From IMG/VR virus record IMGVR_UViG_3300027899_000008: a stretch of DNA of 64,000 nt; one strand, given 5' to 3'. Shown here in pieces: positions 20,544-29,285 of this stretch. The notes beneath the pieces were generated by a model that saw nothing but the letters and a program-made list of their open reading frames with translations, had not been told where the DNA came from and did no database searches. The translations under genes were made by a program, and so were the position numbers. How positions within the stretch are numbered: the first letter of the stretch is position 1; every line of letters begins with the position of its first letter. The DNA is from a virus.

Positions 20544-21205
20544 AAATTCCTCGCTAGATTATAATCTATACTTTCCTGTGGCAATCCCATCTCGCGAAGC
20601 GATTGTTCCTTGGATTCGTTGTCTGAAATTCCCATGGTAATCATTGGATTCATTCCTTGTGGAATATGAGTTCCAGGCCATATGGCATAATTGATTGGAA
20701 GAGCAGCGATCTTTAGTTTTGGAAGATAGATGGGAAGAACAAATGCCATCAATATTTCATGGTCGAATACTTTTCGTTGAGTAGTTGATTTTATATTTTC
20801 CTCACATGAGGTAATCCAAAAATTCAAGAACTCAATCACCAGTTCATTGTAGGAGACATATATGGGAGATGCTTTTGGAATTGATAAATTTAAATTGGAA
20901 ATAATTGCTTGATAGGCAAATCCAATATCGCAATTTCCTTCCATCTCATCAAACACCTTCAATTCATCATGAAGTATAGAATCAACATCCATCCACACGA
21001 ATGGTTTCTTCTTTTCCATTAATACATCAAGAATGAACTTTGGTTTTGCTAGACAATTTAATCTATATTCGCCAAGAGATGGCAATTCCCGTATATCATG
21101 AGGCATATTATATTCATTACAATTTATACGCAATCGTCGTGCGTGATCGCTATAATATGTTTTATCGCCAATGTCACAATAAAAAGATACAATTTCAGTT
21201 TTCAT
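20540..21205 (-). CDS. Putative GT-A glycosyltransferase
   Basis: KP.FI...L, VW.D.DS (DxD), LP..Y. Confidence 0.6.
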   Translation of the reverse strand: MKTEIVSFYCDIGDKTYYSDHARRLRINCNEYNMPHDIRELPSLGEYRLNCLAKPKFILDVLMEKKKPFVWMDVDSILHDELKVFDEMEGNCDIGFAYQAIISNLNLSIPKASPIYVSYNELVIEFLNFWITSCEENIKSTTQRKVFDHEILMAFVLPIYLPKLKIAALPINYAIWPGTHIPQGMNPMITMGISDNESKEQSLREMGLPQESIDYNLARNL

Positions 21206-21206
21206 A

Positions 21207-22052
21207 TTAAAGTTGCTTTATTTTAGAATAAAGATAATCGTCTGCCATTTGTAAATCAATACATGTTTGATAATTTTTCAATGCTGATTCAATCTTGGAT
21301 TCAAACAATTCTTTGGTCAAGATTGTAACATCAAAATTAGGTGAAAGCAATACAAATCCATTGATATCAAAAATATCACCAATATCAGGAGCACCCCAAT
21401 AGATTGGAATGGTTCCAACCATAAAGCAATCAGTTAATTTTTCTGTGTAGTATGTGGTATAGCTATCATTCTCAACTACAAAGGAGAACATGTAATCCTT
21501 GAGTCCTGGTGTCTTATCCCAAGCGTCAATGCCAGAAATTCTTGGAGAGTCATTTACCCCACCATAAATGTCAATGACATCCTTGAATGTTGTAGCAATC
21601 GCATTTCTCAGTTTGTGTCCATATGCGTAATTCTTAGAAGAAGCAATTATAGAACACTGCTTAGTCTTCTCAATGGACATATCTTCCGATAGGGGCTTAA
21701 TCCATGGGAGATTACTACCAGCATATGCAAATTGTATCTTTGGGTGAATGGAGAGCAATTCTCTTTCGGAGGTGAACACAGCATCGTAGTGTTCACAAAT
21801 TTTCTCCAGATTATTCATCCATGTATCGCGAGGAACATGCATGGTGTGAAAAATGGTCCTAGATTCGCAAACCCATGCGACCTTTACCTCACCTTCCTTT
21901 TTCACATATTCAATACCAGACATAATAGCACCATCAATGAATACCTTGATGGGACAATCTTCCAATGTCCATTGAAATCTTTTTGGTTTTAAATCAGAAC
22001 AAGATGAATGTTCTATAACAAACGGCGCACCAATTGCTTGCACTTTTTCCAT
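21207..22052 (-). CDS. GT10 (fucosyltransferase-like) glycosyltransferase
   Basis: L.DY.FS...EN......Y.TEK..D.F..GTIPIYWG. Confidence 0.8.
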   Translation of the reverse strand: MEKVQAIGAPFVIEHSSCSDLKPKRFQWTLEDCPIKVFIDGAIMSGIEYVKKEGEVKVAWVCESRTIFHTMHVPRDTWMNNLEKICEHYDAVFTSERELLSIHPKIQFAYAGSNLPWIKPLSEDMSIEKTKQCSIIASSKNYAYGHKLRNAIATTFKDVIDIYGGVNDSPRISGIDAWDKTPGLKDYMFSFVVENDSYTTYYTEKLTDCFMVGTIPIYWGAPDIGDIFDINGFVLLSPNFDVTILTKELFESKIESALKNYQTCIDLQMADDYLYSKIKQL

Positions 22053-22073
22053 AATATAGACCTTTCTTTGGTA

Positions 22074-22472
22074 TCACTTACCTATATGGTATTTAGGTAT
22101 CAGTTCCCAGTTGTGTTTCTCTTTATGGGCAATTATCTTTAATCTTGCCAAAGAAAGTTGAGGTTCTGCGTATCTAACAGGATCGACCGCTGTCGCTAGT
22201 CCCCATTCAACCAAGAGTTTAACGATGGTGTTTCGTCGTGCGATGTCGTCAACTGATATATCGCTTTCGAGATTATCAAGAATAAACATCTCCTTAAAAT
22301 GCATAATCGCATAGCGACCTCGCTTATGCAGTATATGACAACTTTGGTATAGTTTGTTCTCTTTCTTTGAAGAGACACCTAATCGGGTTAGGGTTTCCTT
22401 TACCTTAAGGAAATCCTCCTCTGATTTTAATTTAATTTCCACGCCCAATCCCTCAAAAATATCTTCAAGCAT
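22074..22472 (-). CDS. regA: Translational repressor RegA
   Basis: DFLKVKETLTR.G..S.K...LYQSCHILHKRGRY.I.HFKE.F; SD GGAG before ATG 22472 (alternative start 22484). Confidence 0.95.
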   Translation of the reverse strand: MLEDIFEGLGVEIKLKSEEDFLKVKETLTRLGVSSKKENKLYQSCHILHKRGRYAIMHFKEMFILDNLESDISVDDIARRNTIVKLLVEWGLATAVDPVRYAEPQLSLARLKIIAHKEKHNWELIPKYHIGK

Positions 22473-22497
22473 GATATACTCCATGTTACTTAGAAGA

Positions 22498-22505
22498 TAT
22501 TTATA
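22498..22505 (-). promoter_or_regulatory. T4 late promoter consensus TATAAATA
   Basis: Exact match between gp62 stop and regA. Confidence 0.65.
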
Positions 22506-22508
22506 GTT

Positions 22509-22880
22509 TCACCTTTTTTGCCCCCCTTTTTGAGTGAGTTCACGCAATTTGTCCATGGGAAGCAGGTCGATCACCTCGCGAGCTCGAGCGTCAGAATACC
22601 CATATACCTCTTTGATAGTATCCAAATCTGCGTGTTGTTCAGGCTTTATCCATTTGGAAAACCTCTTACGCTTGGTTATTGAATAGACATAATAGTCATA
22701 TTGTAATTTTTTGTCTAGACAGGTCAACTGATTCATACGATTGGCATAGAAAATGGTATCAGTAAAGTAAGAAAAACACTTGTTGATGACAAAGGGAACA
22801 TAATCCTTCTCTAGACGGGGGTCTTTGGATAGGAGATTTTCCTTGGTCTGATTGATTGAGTTTAGGATATCGGAAAGCAT
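22509..22880 (-). CDS. 62: Clamp loader small subunit gp62
   Basis: L.SIN..K, Y.PF..N...S...DT...AN.MN, K.KRFSKW, YGYS...A. Confidence 0.9.
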   Translation of the reverse strand: MLSDILNSINQTKENLLSKDPRLEKDYVPFVINKCFSYFTDTIFYANRMNQLTCLDKKLQYDYYVYSITKRKRFSKWIKPEQHADLDTIKEVYGYSDARAREVIDLLPMDKLRELTQKGGQKR

Positions 22881-22881
22881 A

Positions 22882-23829
22882 TTATTTAAAAGCACAGGAC
22901 ATCATGAGTTGAACAAGACACGCTACAAGATTAATCTCTTGGTCAGCAACGAACGCAGAGCGATACTGCGCTTCTCCAATGATGAGAATTGCCTCTGGAA
23001 TGGTCTGATTCTCCAAACAATCCCCAAGAGCATCGTAGATTTTCCTATAGATTTCCTGTGGGGATGTCTCAGCATTTAACGCTGCCCAACGACGGACCAC
23101 GGCAAAGTCCTTATTACGCAATGCTGTCATGAGATTCTTAATCTCAATCTCTGACAAACTCGATAGAATGCCCACATCAATCGTTCCAGATACTCCATAT
23201 CGCTGTAGTTCATTTAGAATTCTACGCATATCGGGAAAGTGCTTGAGAATCAATTGACCAAGAACCTTCTTATCTGCCTTGACTCCTTCCTGCGCAAGAA
23301 TATAGGAACACCTTTCCATCATCTTTGCGGCAATGGTTGGTTTTTCGGAGGCAGTAAGACTGAAGTCAATACAAGTGCAACGAGAGTGAATTGGCTCAAT
23401 AATTCTTGATTTATAGTTACATGTAAGGATAAACCTGCAATTATTTGCAAACTCTTCGATAGCACCTCGCAGAGCAGGTTGAATGCTATTGGCATTGGAA
23501 TAATCAAACTCATCTAGAATAACCACCTTCTTGGTGTCGCCGATCAAAGATACGGTGCTAGCAAACTGACGAATCTTTGTTCGCAGTGTGTCAATGTTTC
23601 CTTCTTCAGAGCAATTAATGATAATCCAATCACACCCCATTTCATTACAGAGTGCTTTGGCAACCGTGGTCTTACCAACACCAGCAGTACCAGAGAAGAG
23701 TAAATTCTGTGGTTCTCCTTTAGCAACCATGTCGCTGAAGGTTGACTTCAGCGACATGGGGAGAACACACTCATCGATGGTTGCGGGACGATACTTTTCT
23801 ACCCACAGGAAATTTTCAGGTTTCATCAT
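22882..23829 (-). CDS. 44: Clamp loader large subunit gp44
   Basis: LWVEKYRP, G.AGVGKTT, ILDEFD, IHSRC, FPDMRR..NELQ. Confidence 0.95.
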   Translation of the reverse strand: MMKPENFLWVEKYRPATIDECVLPMSLKSTFSDMVAKGEPQNLLFSGTAGVGKTTVAKALCNEMGCDWIIINCSEEGNIDTLRTKIRQFASTVSLIGDTKKVVILDEFDYSNANSIQPALRGAIEEFANNCRFILTCNYKSRIIEPIHSRCTCIDFSLTASEKPTIAAKMMERCSYILAQEGVKADKKVLGQLILKHFPDMRRILNELQRYGVSGTIDVGILSSLSEIEIKNLMTALRNKDFAVVRRWAALNAETSPQEIYRKIYDALGDCLENQTIPEAILIIGEAQYRSAFVADQEINLVACLVQLMMSCAFK

Positions 23830-24512
23830 TTAGATCCATACTTAGAGGTGTTAGCTTCCATGGCAAACCAATAAGTCAGCGAAATAGTCTTATGTACAAA
23901 TTCGCCAACAACATTTTTCGCGAAATTAATCTTGTAATCTCCAGGAAGAATCTTGATATTCTCCATTTTGAAATTGAACAAAAACTCAGTTCCATTGTAT
24001 TTCTCCTCAACTACCACTTTATAGGTATTGGTTGTTGGATCGCCAAGATCCGACACCATTGCTACAATCTGTCCATTGTCAGTGGTAAAGGACAAATCGG
24101 AAAGTTGCATTACCGACGCTGCTTTTTGTAATTCTGAAAATTGCTTATCAGTCATTGTGATGCTGACATTCACTTCTGGCATGATGACATCCTTGGTGGG
24201 AACCGAAAGAAGTCTTGGTTCAGAATAATAGTAATTCACTACTGAATTGCCACCATTCTTAATCTTCATGCTTTTTTGACCAAAATCAAAACTAGGAGTG
24301 GAGAATAAACTGATAACTCCAAGAAATTTATTCAAATCCCAAATTCCAAATTCGACATCAAATTTCTCATCTACCTTGGCAATTGCCATTCCATTTTTGG
24401 AAGGTGTGATGGTCTTGATAATATCACCTGGTTTAATCAGGAGATTTGAATTTAGACTGGAAAAGTTTTTAAGAATTGATAATGTATTTTTCGAAAAGGT
24501 CACAGGTTTCAT
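23826..24512 (-). CDS. 45: Sliding clamp gp45
   Basis: S..TL.ILKNF...N, FGI.DL..FL, F.F.FK.EN.K..PGDY. Confidence 0.92.
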   Translation of the reverse strand: MKPVTFSKNTLSILKNFSSLNSNLLIKPGDIIKTITPSKNGMAIAKVDEKFDVEFGIWDLNKFLGVISLFSTPSFDFGQKSMKIKNGGNSVVNYYYSEPRLLSVPTKDVIMPEVNVSITMTDKQFSELQKAASVMQLSDLSFTTDNGQIVAMVSDLGDPTTNTYKVVVEEKYNGTEFLFNFKMENIKILPGDYKINFAKNVVGEFVHKTISLTYWFAMEANTSKYGSK

Positions 24513-24522
24513 ATTTTATCTT

Positions 24523-24702
24523 TCATTCAAAAGTTTCATCAGAGATTTCATATCTGTCGTCACTATTTCTATTGATATATTCTCGTAGAGTTTGTTTATT
24601 TTTATTCCGTTGGGAAATATTTTCCTGTTTTTCAACGGACTTTAGTTTAAATTCCTTACGCTTCTTTAACTTATCGCGATCTCTGTCATAATCCTTATTC
24701 AT
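24523..24702 (-). CDS. Small charged hypothetical protein
   Basis: 59 aa, SD AGGAG before ATG 24702. Confidence 0.6.
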   Translation of the reverse strand: MNKDYDRDRDKLKKRKEFKLKSVEKQENISQRNKNKQTLREYINRNSDDRYEISDETFE

Positions 24703-24717
24703 GTTTTCTCCTGTAGC

Positions 24718-24745
24718 ATTATACCACAATTATTTTATAATTCAA
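24718..24745 (-). promoter_or_regulatory. sigma70-like early promoter (TTGAAT-N16-TATAAT with extended TG)
   Basis: -10 at 24718-24723, -35 at 24740-24745, upstream of the gp45-44-62 operon. Confidence 0.65.
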
Positions 24746-25058
24746 CCCAAATCATATCAGTTTCTTGTTTAATTAAAGTATATAATACAGACACATCTGG
24801 TCTATACCAACGATCTCCTTCAGTAGCCGTACCTGGTAGAACATCTTGTATATAGAAGTTTCCACCACCCGCACCTAGTGCTTTCCATGTAGATGTTGCT
24901 GTGCTTGTAGTTGGAACAATAGAGGAAGTAGAAGTTAAGGCAACATATTTTGCTCCTTTATACTCTACTACATCTCCAATGCGATACAAATATGGTTTCC
25001 CATCTGCATCATATTGTCTAAACTTACCTCTAAAATTTAGATTGTCTGCATTGTTCAT
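24735..25058 (-). CDS. Hypothetical protein, CBM5/12-like plus fibre-type module
   Basis: Y.IGDVV.Y.G..YVAL......P......W and P..A..GDRWY......LY.......W(V)EL; GATAAATA late promoter 6 nt upstream (25065-25072). Confidence 0.6.
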   Translation of the reverse strand: MNNADNLNFRGKFRQYDADGKPYLYRIGDVVEYKGAKYVALTSTSSIVPTTSTATSTWKALGAGGGNFYIQDVLPGTATEGDRWYRPDVSVLYTLIKQETDMIWVEL

Positions 25059-25059
25059 A

Positions 25060-26790
25060 TCAGTTATTTATCATTCTACTGAAATTATTCTTCTTTTCAA
25101 ACAAGATTATATTAGAAAATTTATCAACAAGTTGGTCTGCTTTGTGACTAATTACATATACATTTGCCCTATCCGACACTATCTTTAGCAACTTCATCAA
25201 TTCATCCATTCCCATTCCATCCAAGGAAGAATCAAATACCTCATCCAAAATGAGAAGATTACAACTAACGCTATTCTTCATTCTTGCTATTTCTCTCCAT
25301 GCGAGAAGCAGTGCTAAATCTATGCGCATTTTCTCACCCTCGCTGAAGTTCATATAGGAGAATTCATCGCGGTGACGAGATTTAATCTGTTCATTGAATT
25401 CCTCATCCATATGAAATTGAACATAGAAATCCATAGATGCTAGAAACTTATTGATGAACTTATTCATGTATGGGAGATAATGCTTGATTATCTTAGTTTT
25501 AACCCCACCATCTCTCAGAAGTTCATTTGTAAGTTCATGATACATCAGGTCTTCTGATTCAGTTTCCTTTTGAAGAACAATAATGGAAAAGGATTCTTCG
25601 AATACCTTCAGTTTTTCCTTTTCCTCTACAATGCCATCCTTAATTGATGACTTCTGCATAGTGCCACGAATGCGTTCAATTTCTTTCTGATATGCTTCGA
25701 TTTCCTTGTTGAAGGAATTTACTTCATGAATCGTATTGATTATATCCTGAATTTGACTTTCAAGTCTAGTGACATCATCCTGAAGACTATTACTATGGTC
25801 TTTGGTCTTAATAATATCATCTTCTATATTAGAAATCTCGTAATTATTCATAAGCACCTTTTCCTTCTTGACTTTATCCTCAATTGGTTGAGTGCAAGTT
25901 GGACAGGTGCAATTTTCCTTAAAGAAGTGTATTTCCTTCTGCTTTTGTTCTTTTGAATTATTAAGTGTGGCGATATGTGTGCGGCAATCCTGAATTCTGT
26001 TGGTTTTGTCCTTTAGAATTTTCTTTCCACCATTCATATCTTCTTGTAGTTTTCCAACCGAAAGATTTTTGGATACTAAATCAAATTGAATTGTTTGAAT
26101 CTTTCTCTCTAGTTCAGTAATTCTTTCATTCTTCACATCATCATCTTCGTTGTTCTTTTTCTCAAGAGTAGAAATATAACTTCTCTGAACTTGAATCTTG
26201 TTCTTTTCAATTTCAATCTTTGTATTCAGTTCTCTAATTCCTTCCTTCAACGAAAAAATCTTACCCTTAAGAACAACATTCATTGTGCTGAAGATATCAA
26301 TGTCAAGAATATTTTCAATTACACTTCTGCGGTCAACAGCACTCAACTGCATGAATGGAACAAACGACGAACTACCAAGAATCACCACTTGAGTGAATGT
26401 CTTGTAATTCATCTTTAAAATCTGTGTCTCTAGCAATTCCTGATAATCAAGACTCTTCGCATCTTGATTGATTAATTCAGTATTCTTATAAATTTCAAAC
26501 AACCGAGGATTGATTCCTCTCTTGATTAAAAATTTATCAACACCCTTGGTGAATTCAACCTCTACTAAACAATTCTTAGTATTAATCGAATTAGGCAATT
26601 GTGGAATATTAATCTTCCGAAATGGTTTTCCGAACAAAGCAAATGTTATAGAATCGAGAAAGGCAAAAGATTTTCCACTTCCATTATTACCACAAATAAG
26701 AGTTGTGTTGTTTACATCAAGAATAATTTCTGTTAATGTATTTCCAAACGAACCAAAATTCTTGAATCTTACTTTCTCAAAACGAATCAT
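25060..26790 (-). CDS. 46: Recombination endonuclease ATPase subunit gp46 (Rad50-like)
   Basis: F.NF.S.GN, G.NGSGKS, CPTC zinc hook, FSEGEK.RIDLA, LILDEVFD, ISH. Confidence 0.96.
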   Translation of the reverse strand: MIRFEKVRFKNFGSFGNTLTEIILDVNNTTLICGNNGSGKSFAFLDSITFALFGKPFRKINIPQLPNSINTKNCLVEVEFTKGVDKFLIKRGINPRLFEIYKNTELINQDAKSLDYQELLETQILKMNYKTFTQVVILGSSSFVPFMQLSAVDRRSVIENILDIDIFSTMNVVLKGKIFSLKEGIRELNTKIEIEKNKIQVQRSYISTLEKKNNEDDDVKNERITELERKIQTIQFDLVSKNLSVGKLQEDMNGGKKILKDKTNRIQDCRTHIATLNNSKEQKQKEIHFFKENCTCPTCTQPIEDKVKKEKVLMNNYEISNIEDDIIKTKDHSNSLQDDVTRLESQIQDIINTIHEVNSFNKEIEAYQKEIERIRGTMQKSSIKDGIVEEKEKLKVFEESFSIIVLQKETESEDLMYHELTNELLRDGGVKTKIIKHYLPYMNKFINKFLASMDFYVQFHMDEEFNEQIKSRHRDEFSYMNFSEGEKMRIDLALLLAWREIARMKNSVSCNLLILDEVFDSSLDGMGMDELMKLLKIVSDRANVYVISHKADQLVDKFSNIILFEKKNNFSRMINN

Positions 26791-27518
26791 TCAATAATGC
26801 TTTCTGGTACAATCATTGACCTAAACTGAAGAGAATCTATTGAATTTTTGCCACATGTAGTACATGGAGTTTTTGTCATAGCCTGAGTGAATGCTGCTGG
26901 CATTCCCTCTGGAATATCAGACCTAGGATGTAACTTAGATATATCTTGAAATCTCTTTGCCATTTCTTTTCCATAATACCAAGTGATTTCTTCATCTTTG
27001 CGAATTGTTCGCAAAGCAATCATCTTGACTCGTTTGAATGGTTTTTCAAGTTGAATATATGCGTTTGGAGTATTGGAATGATTATATACCAAACCATTTC
27101 CTGTTGGCATATACATGGTATTTCCATTCATATTACAGATATCACAATCGCAATCCCAAACCCATGCGTATCTATTCAACACCCAATCCTTACAGGACTT
27201 AGTTGTCGTGTCAAGAATAATAGTTTTCATTTCCTCAATACATTCTCCGGAAACAAAATCTTTAGCAGCAAATACTCCATGCTCATGAATGTTTGATTTA
27301 CTCACATAACACTTGGGTGGCGCATATAATGCGGTATGAGAATATACGGATTTGCCATCTTCTGTATCTAATCGCATTCCAATATAATTGGAGTGTGAAG
27401 TACGAATCGGTAATCCCCGTTCATCAATTTTTAGTTTTTGATTATCCTCTGAGTTTTTATCCATTGTAAATTTAACTTGTTCTTCGTTTTCGATTTCAAT
27501 TTGTTCATTATTATTCAT
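26787..27518 (-). CDS. SET-domain protein (putative protein lysine methyltransferase)
   Basis: S.IH.HGVFA.KD...GE.I, YNHS..PNA, ALR.I.KDEEIT.YYG. Confidence 0.85.
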   Translation of the reverse strand: MNNNEQIEIENEEQVKFTMDKNSEDNQKLKIDERGLPIRTSHSNYIGMRLDTEDGKSVYSHTALYAPPKCYVSKSNIHEHGVFAAKDFVSGECIEEMKTIILDTTTKSCKDWVLNRYAWVWDCDCDICNMNGNTMYMPTGNGLVYNHSNTPNAYIQLEKPFKRVKMIALRTIRKDEEITWYYGKEMAKRFQDISKLHPRSDIPEGMPAAFTQAMTKTPCTTCGKNSIDSLQFRSMIVPESIIE

Positions 27519-28576
27519 AGTTTTAAACTTTCCATATACAAGTCTTTGATAATGTTTTTAAGTTTTAATTTATCAATATCTCGTTCAATCGCATCAATCT
27601 CGCGATTGATGATGCTCATTGTATCTTCGCCTTCGTCAAAGTCAACCCCTTCACTAGGAGTTAACACCGACATATCATCCACAATAGATATGTCTTGAAC
27701 TTGTTTACCCCACAATGCGTCTAATAATTTATCAAACATATTTTGTTTCGTTTTCATTCGCACAAAAATACGAACAAATCCACCCTTGAGGTCTGATTTG
27801 GAAACAAAATTAGCAATGTTCTTGATGCCTTGTTCTGTGGAATCATCATAGGTAAAGGTATGAAATATATCATTTTCGTTTTGAATAAATTCAAGTTCCA
27901 TTGTCGATGTGTCGAGAACATGAAATCCCTTTTTGGAATTCACATCTCCAAAATTCATCTGATATTGACTTCCAAGATAAAATATATTACCTTCGTTTTG
28001 CTTTATGTGGAAGTGACCAGAAAGAACCATTTCAAATTTATTGAATTGCTTGGATGTAAGACCATGGGTGTGCTTCACTCCACTCATTACTTGAAATCCA
28101 GCAATCTCTAAATGACCACAAAGAACCCTACACGATGAGTTCTCTATGAATTTCAATGTATGTTCTAGGTTATCGGGAGTAATCCAAGGAATGATTGATA
28201 AACATAGGTTATCAAATTTCATTTCAGTTGGTTTTTCGACCAATACAAAATTACTATAGTTGGCAAATAATTCCTTAATCGAATTAATTTCATTTGTATT
28301 TCTATAGTATGTGTCATGGTTTCCAAGCGTGACATACATCAGAATATTATGTTGTTGTAAAGGTTCAACAAATTGTTTGCGAACAGAAGCAAGAGTATTG
28401 AAATTTACATACTTCCGTCGGTCAAAGAAATCGCCAAGATGAATGATGGTGTCTATTTTATTTTCTAGTAGATATGGTATGAATGTATGCTGTAGATAAT
28501 TAAGAATATGCTGTAAGAATAAAGGTGAATCATTTCTTACACCGAAATGCGTATCATTCACAATGGCAATTTTCAC
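27515..28576 (-). CDS. 47: Recombination endonuclease nuclease subunit gp47 (Mre11-like)
   Basis: DTHFG.R, HLGD.FDRRK, GNHD, GHLE, SGHFH. Confidence 0.96.
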   Translation of the reverse strand: MKIAIVNDTHFGVRNDSPLFLQHILNYLQHTFIPYLLENKIDTIIHLGDFFDRRKYVNFNTLASVRKQFVEPLQQHNILMYVTLGNHDTYYRNTNEINSIKELFANYSNFVLVEKPTEMKFDNLCLSIIPWITPDNLEHTLKFIENSSCRVLCGHLEIAGFQVMSGVKHTHGLTSKQFNKFEMVLSGHFHIKQNEGNIFYLGSQYQMNFGDVNSKKGFHVLDTSTMELEFIQNENDIFHTFTYDDSTEQGIKNIANFVSKSDLKGGFVRIFVRMKTKQNMFDKLLDALWGKQVQDISIVDDMSVLTPSEGVDFDEGEDTMSIINREIDAIERDIDKLKLKNIIKDLYMESLKL

Positions 28577-29142
28577 TTCTTCTTCCTTTTCTTTTTAATT
28601 TTCTTCTCGGGTTCCATGTTTTTAACATCGGTTTCGCTCAGAGAGAAGTGTTTGGATAAAAAATCAGAATATGATGTAACATCTGGTTGTGATTTTAACC
28701 AATTGACTATTTTACCATCAAAATCATTCATCTGTAAGCATTTATATTTAACATATGCTTGTTTCTTTTCTTTTTCTATTCTTCTCAAGAACGCATAATA
28801 AATTATCTGAGTAAAATAAGAAAATGGATTTGATGATTTATCTGGATCAAAATTGTGAGCATATAATACGCAATTTTCTATTCCATCTCCAACCATATCT
28901 TCCCTAAATGGGTAGTTTATAAAGTTGGGACGATGAGACAGATGTTCTGCGATTTTTATAAAACATTCAGCAATATAATCGGTAAGAGGTGGTTTTTTCT
29001 CTTCTCCAGATTCTTCATATTCTTTTAAAGTTTTCTTCCACTCTTCCATTGATTTACAAAATCTTTTATTGTCAATATAGTGCTTTGCAGTATTGACTTC
29101 TTTTTCAATTATTGAATCTTTATCGTCTGGAGTGTTTTTCAT
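28573..29142 (-). CDS. 55: Late-transcription sigma factor gp55
   Basis: HY..N..F, YI..C...IA..LS.RPNF.NY..REDM..DG.EN, NPF.YFTQI.YYAF.RRI.KEK.Q; start moved to 29142 because the longer ORF start overlaps the promoter. Confidence 0.95.
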   Translation of the reverse strand: MKNTPDDKDSIIEKEVNTAKHYIDNKRFCKSMEEWKKTLKEYEESGEEKKPPLTDYIAECFIKIAEHLSHRPNFINYPFREDMVGDGIENCVLYAHNFDPDKSSNPFSYFTQIIYYAFLRRIEKEKKQAYVKYKCLQMNDFDGKIVNWLKSQPDVTSYSDFLSKHFSLSETDVKNMEPEKKIKKKRKKK

Positions 29143-29149
29143 ATACTTG

Positions 29150-29177
29150 ATTATATCATATCTAAAAAATTTGTCAA
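29150..29177 (-). promoter_or_regulatory. Perfect sigma70 promoter for gp55 (TTGACA-N16-TATAAT, extended -10)
   Basis: -35 29172-29177, -10 29150-29155, TGn upstream of -10; ATG 7 nt downstream. Confidence 0.85.
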
Positions 29178-29216
29178 GCATTTATACAATTTTTATAAAA
29201 AATGACTGCTGTACCC

Positions 29217-29246
29217 TTGACAAGAGTTGGAACATGCGAGTATAAT
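29217..29246 (+). promoter_or_regulatory. Perfect sigma70 promoter, antisense orientation (TTGACA-N18-TATAAT)
   Basis: -35 29217-29222, -10 29241-29246; no credible + strand gene follows. Confidence 0.7.
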
Positions 29247-29285
29247 CTCTGTGTGGGATTGAGAAGAAAAGAAGTGTTAAAGAAC

